Below are positions 63,912-64,000 of a stretch of DNA of 64,000 bases, piece after piece; position 1 is the first letter of the stretch, and each line of letters starts with the position of its first letter. Source of the stretch: Chiloscyllium plagiosum (lineage: Eukaryota); assembly GCF_004010195.1 (NCBI RefSeq), contig NC_057710.1, positions 95,905,041 to 95,969,040 on the forward strand. Reading direction: 5' to 3'. Under the pieces are notes generated by a model. It was not told the DNA's origin. It did no database searches and saw nothing but the letters and a program-made list of their open reading frames with translations. A program made the position numbers and the translations under genes.

Positions 63912-64000
63912 TAGCTCAGTTGGCTGGACAGCTGCTTTGCAATGCAGAGTAAGACCAACAGTGTGGGTTCAATTTGTGTACCAGCTGAGTTACCATGAAG
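63912..64000 (+). mobile_element. tRNA-derived SINE head, second family (runs off window end)
   Basis: tagctcagttggctgg A-box and gggttcaatt B-box. Confidence 0.65.

Overview
Vertebrate genomic DNA, most likely an elasmobranch (shark) judging by the repeat families. The window lies entirely inside the + strand gene APBB2 (FE65-like 1). Four canonical coding exons of the first PTB/PID domain and the PTB1-PTB2 linker are readable (10396-10542, 11106-11233, 56122-56236, 62875-62962). A 6-nt microexon (TGAGAG, 43186-43191), invisible to the ORF track, sits inside a 45-kb intron and supplies the two-residue 'ER' insert known as a neuronal splice switch in the FE65 family. The introns hold CR1- and L2-type LINE fragments, tRNA-derived SINEs, two Tigger-like MITEs and at least four families of Penelope-like element (PLE) ends. 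These PLE ends carry minimal type-I hammerhead ribozyme motifs (CUGANGA - stem II - GAAA - short palindrome - UH). Several are inverted (fold-back) insertions with clear target-site duplications, and one retains GIY-YIG endonuclease coding remnants. Candidate intronic alternative-first or poison exons (about 21.8 kb and 27.5-27.9 kb) are weaker leads. There is a 154-N assembly gap at 15494-15647. Gene and repeat names come from recognising the sequence, not from database searches, and repeat boundaries are approximate unless a TSD is quoted.
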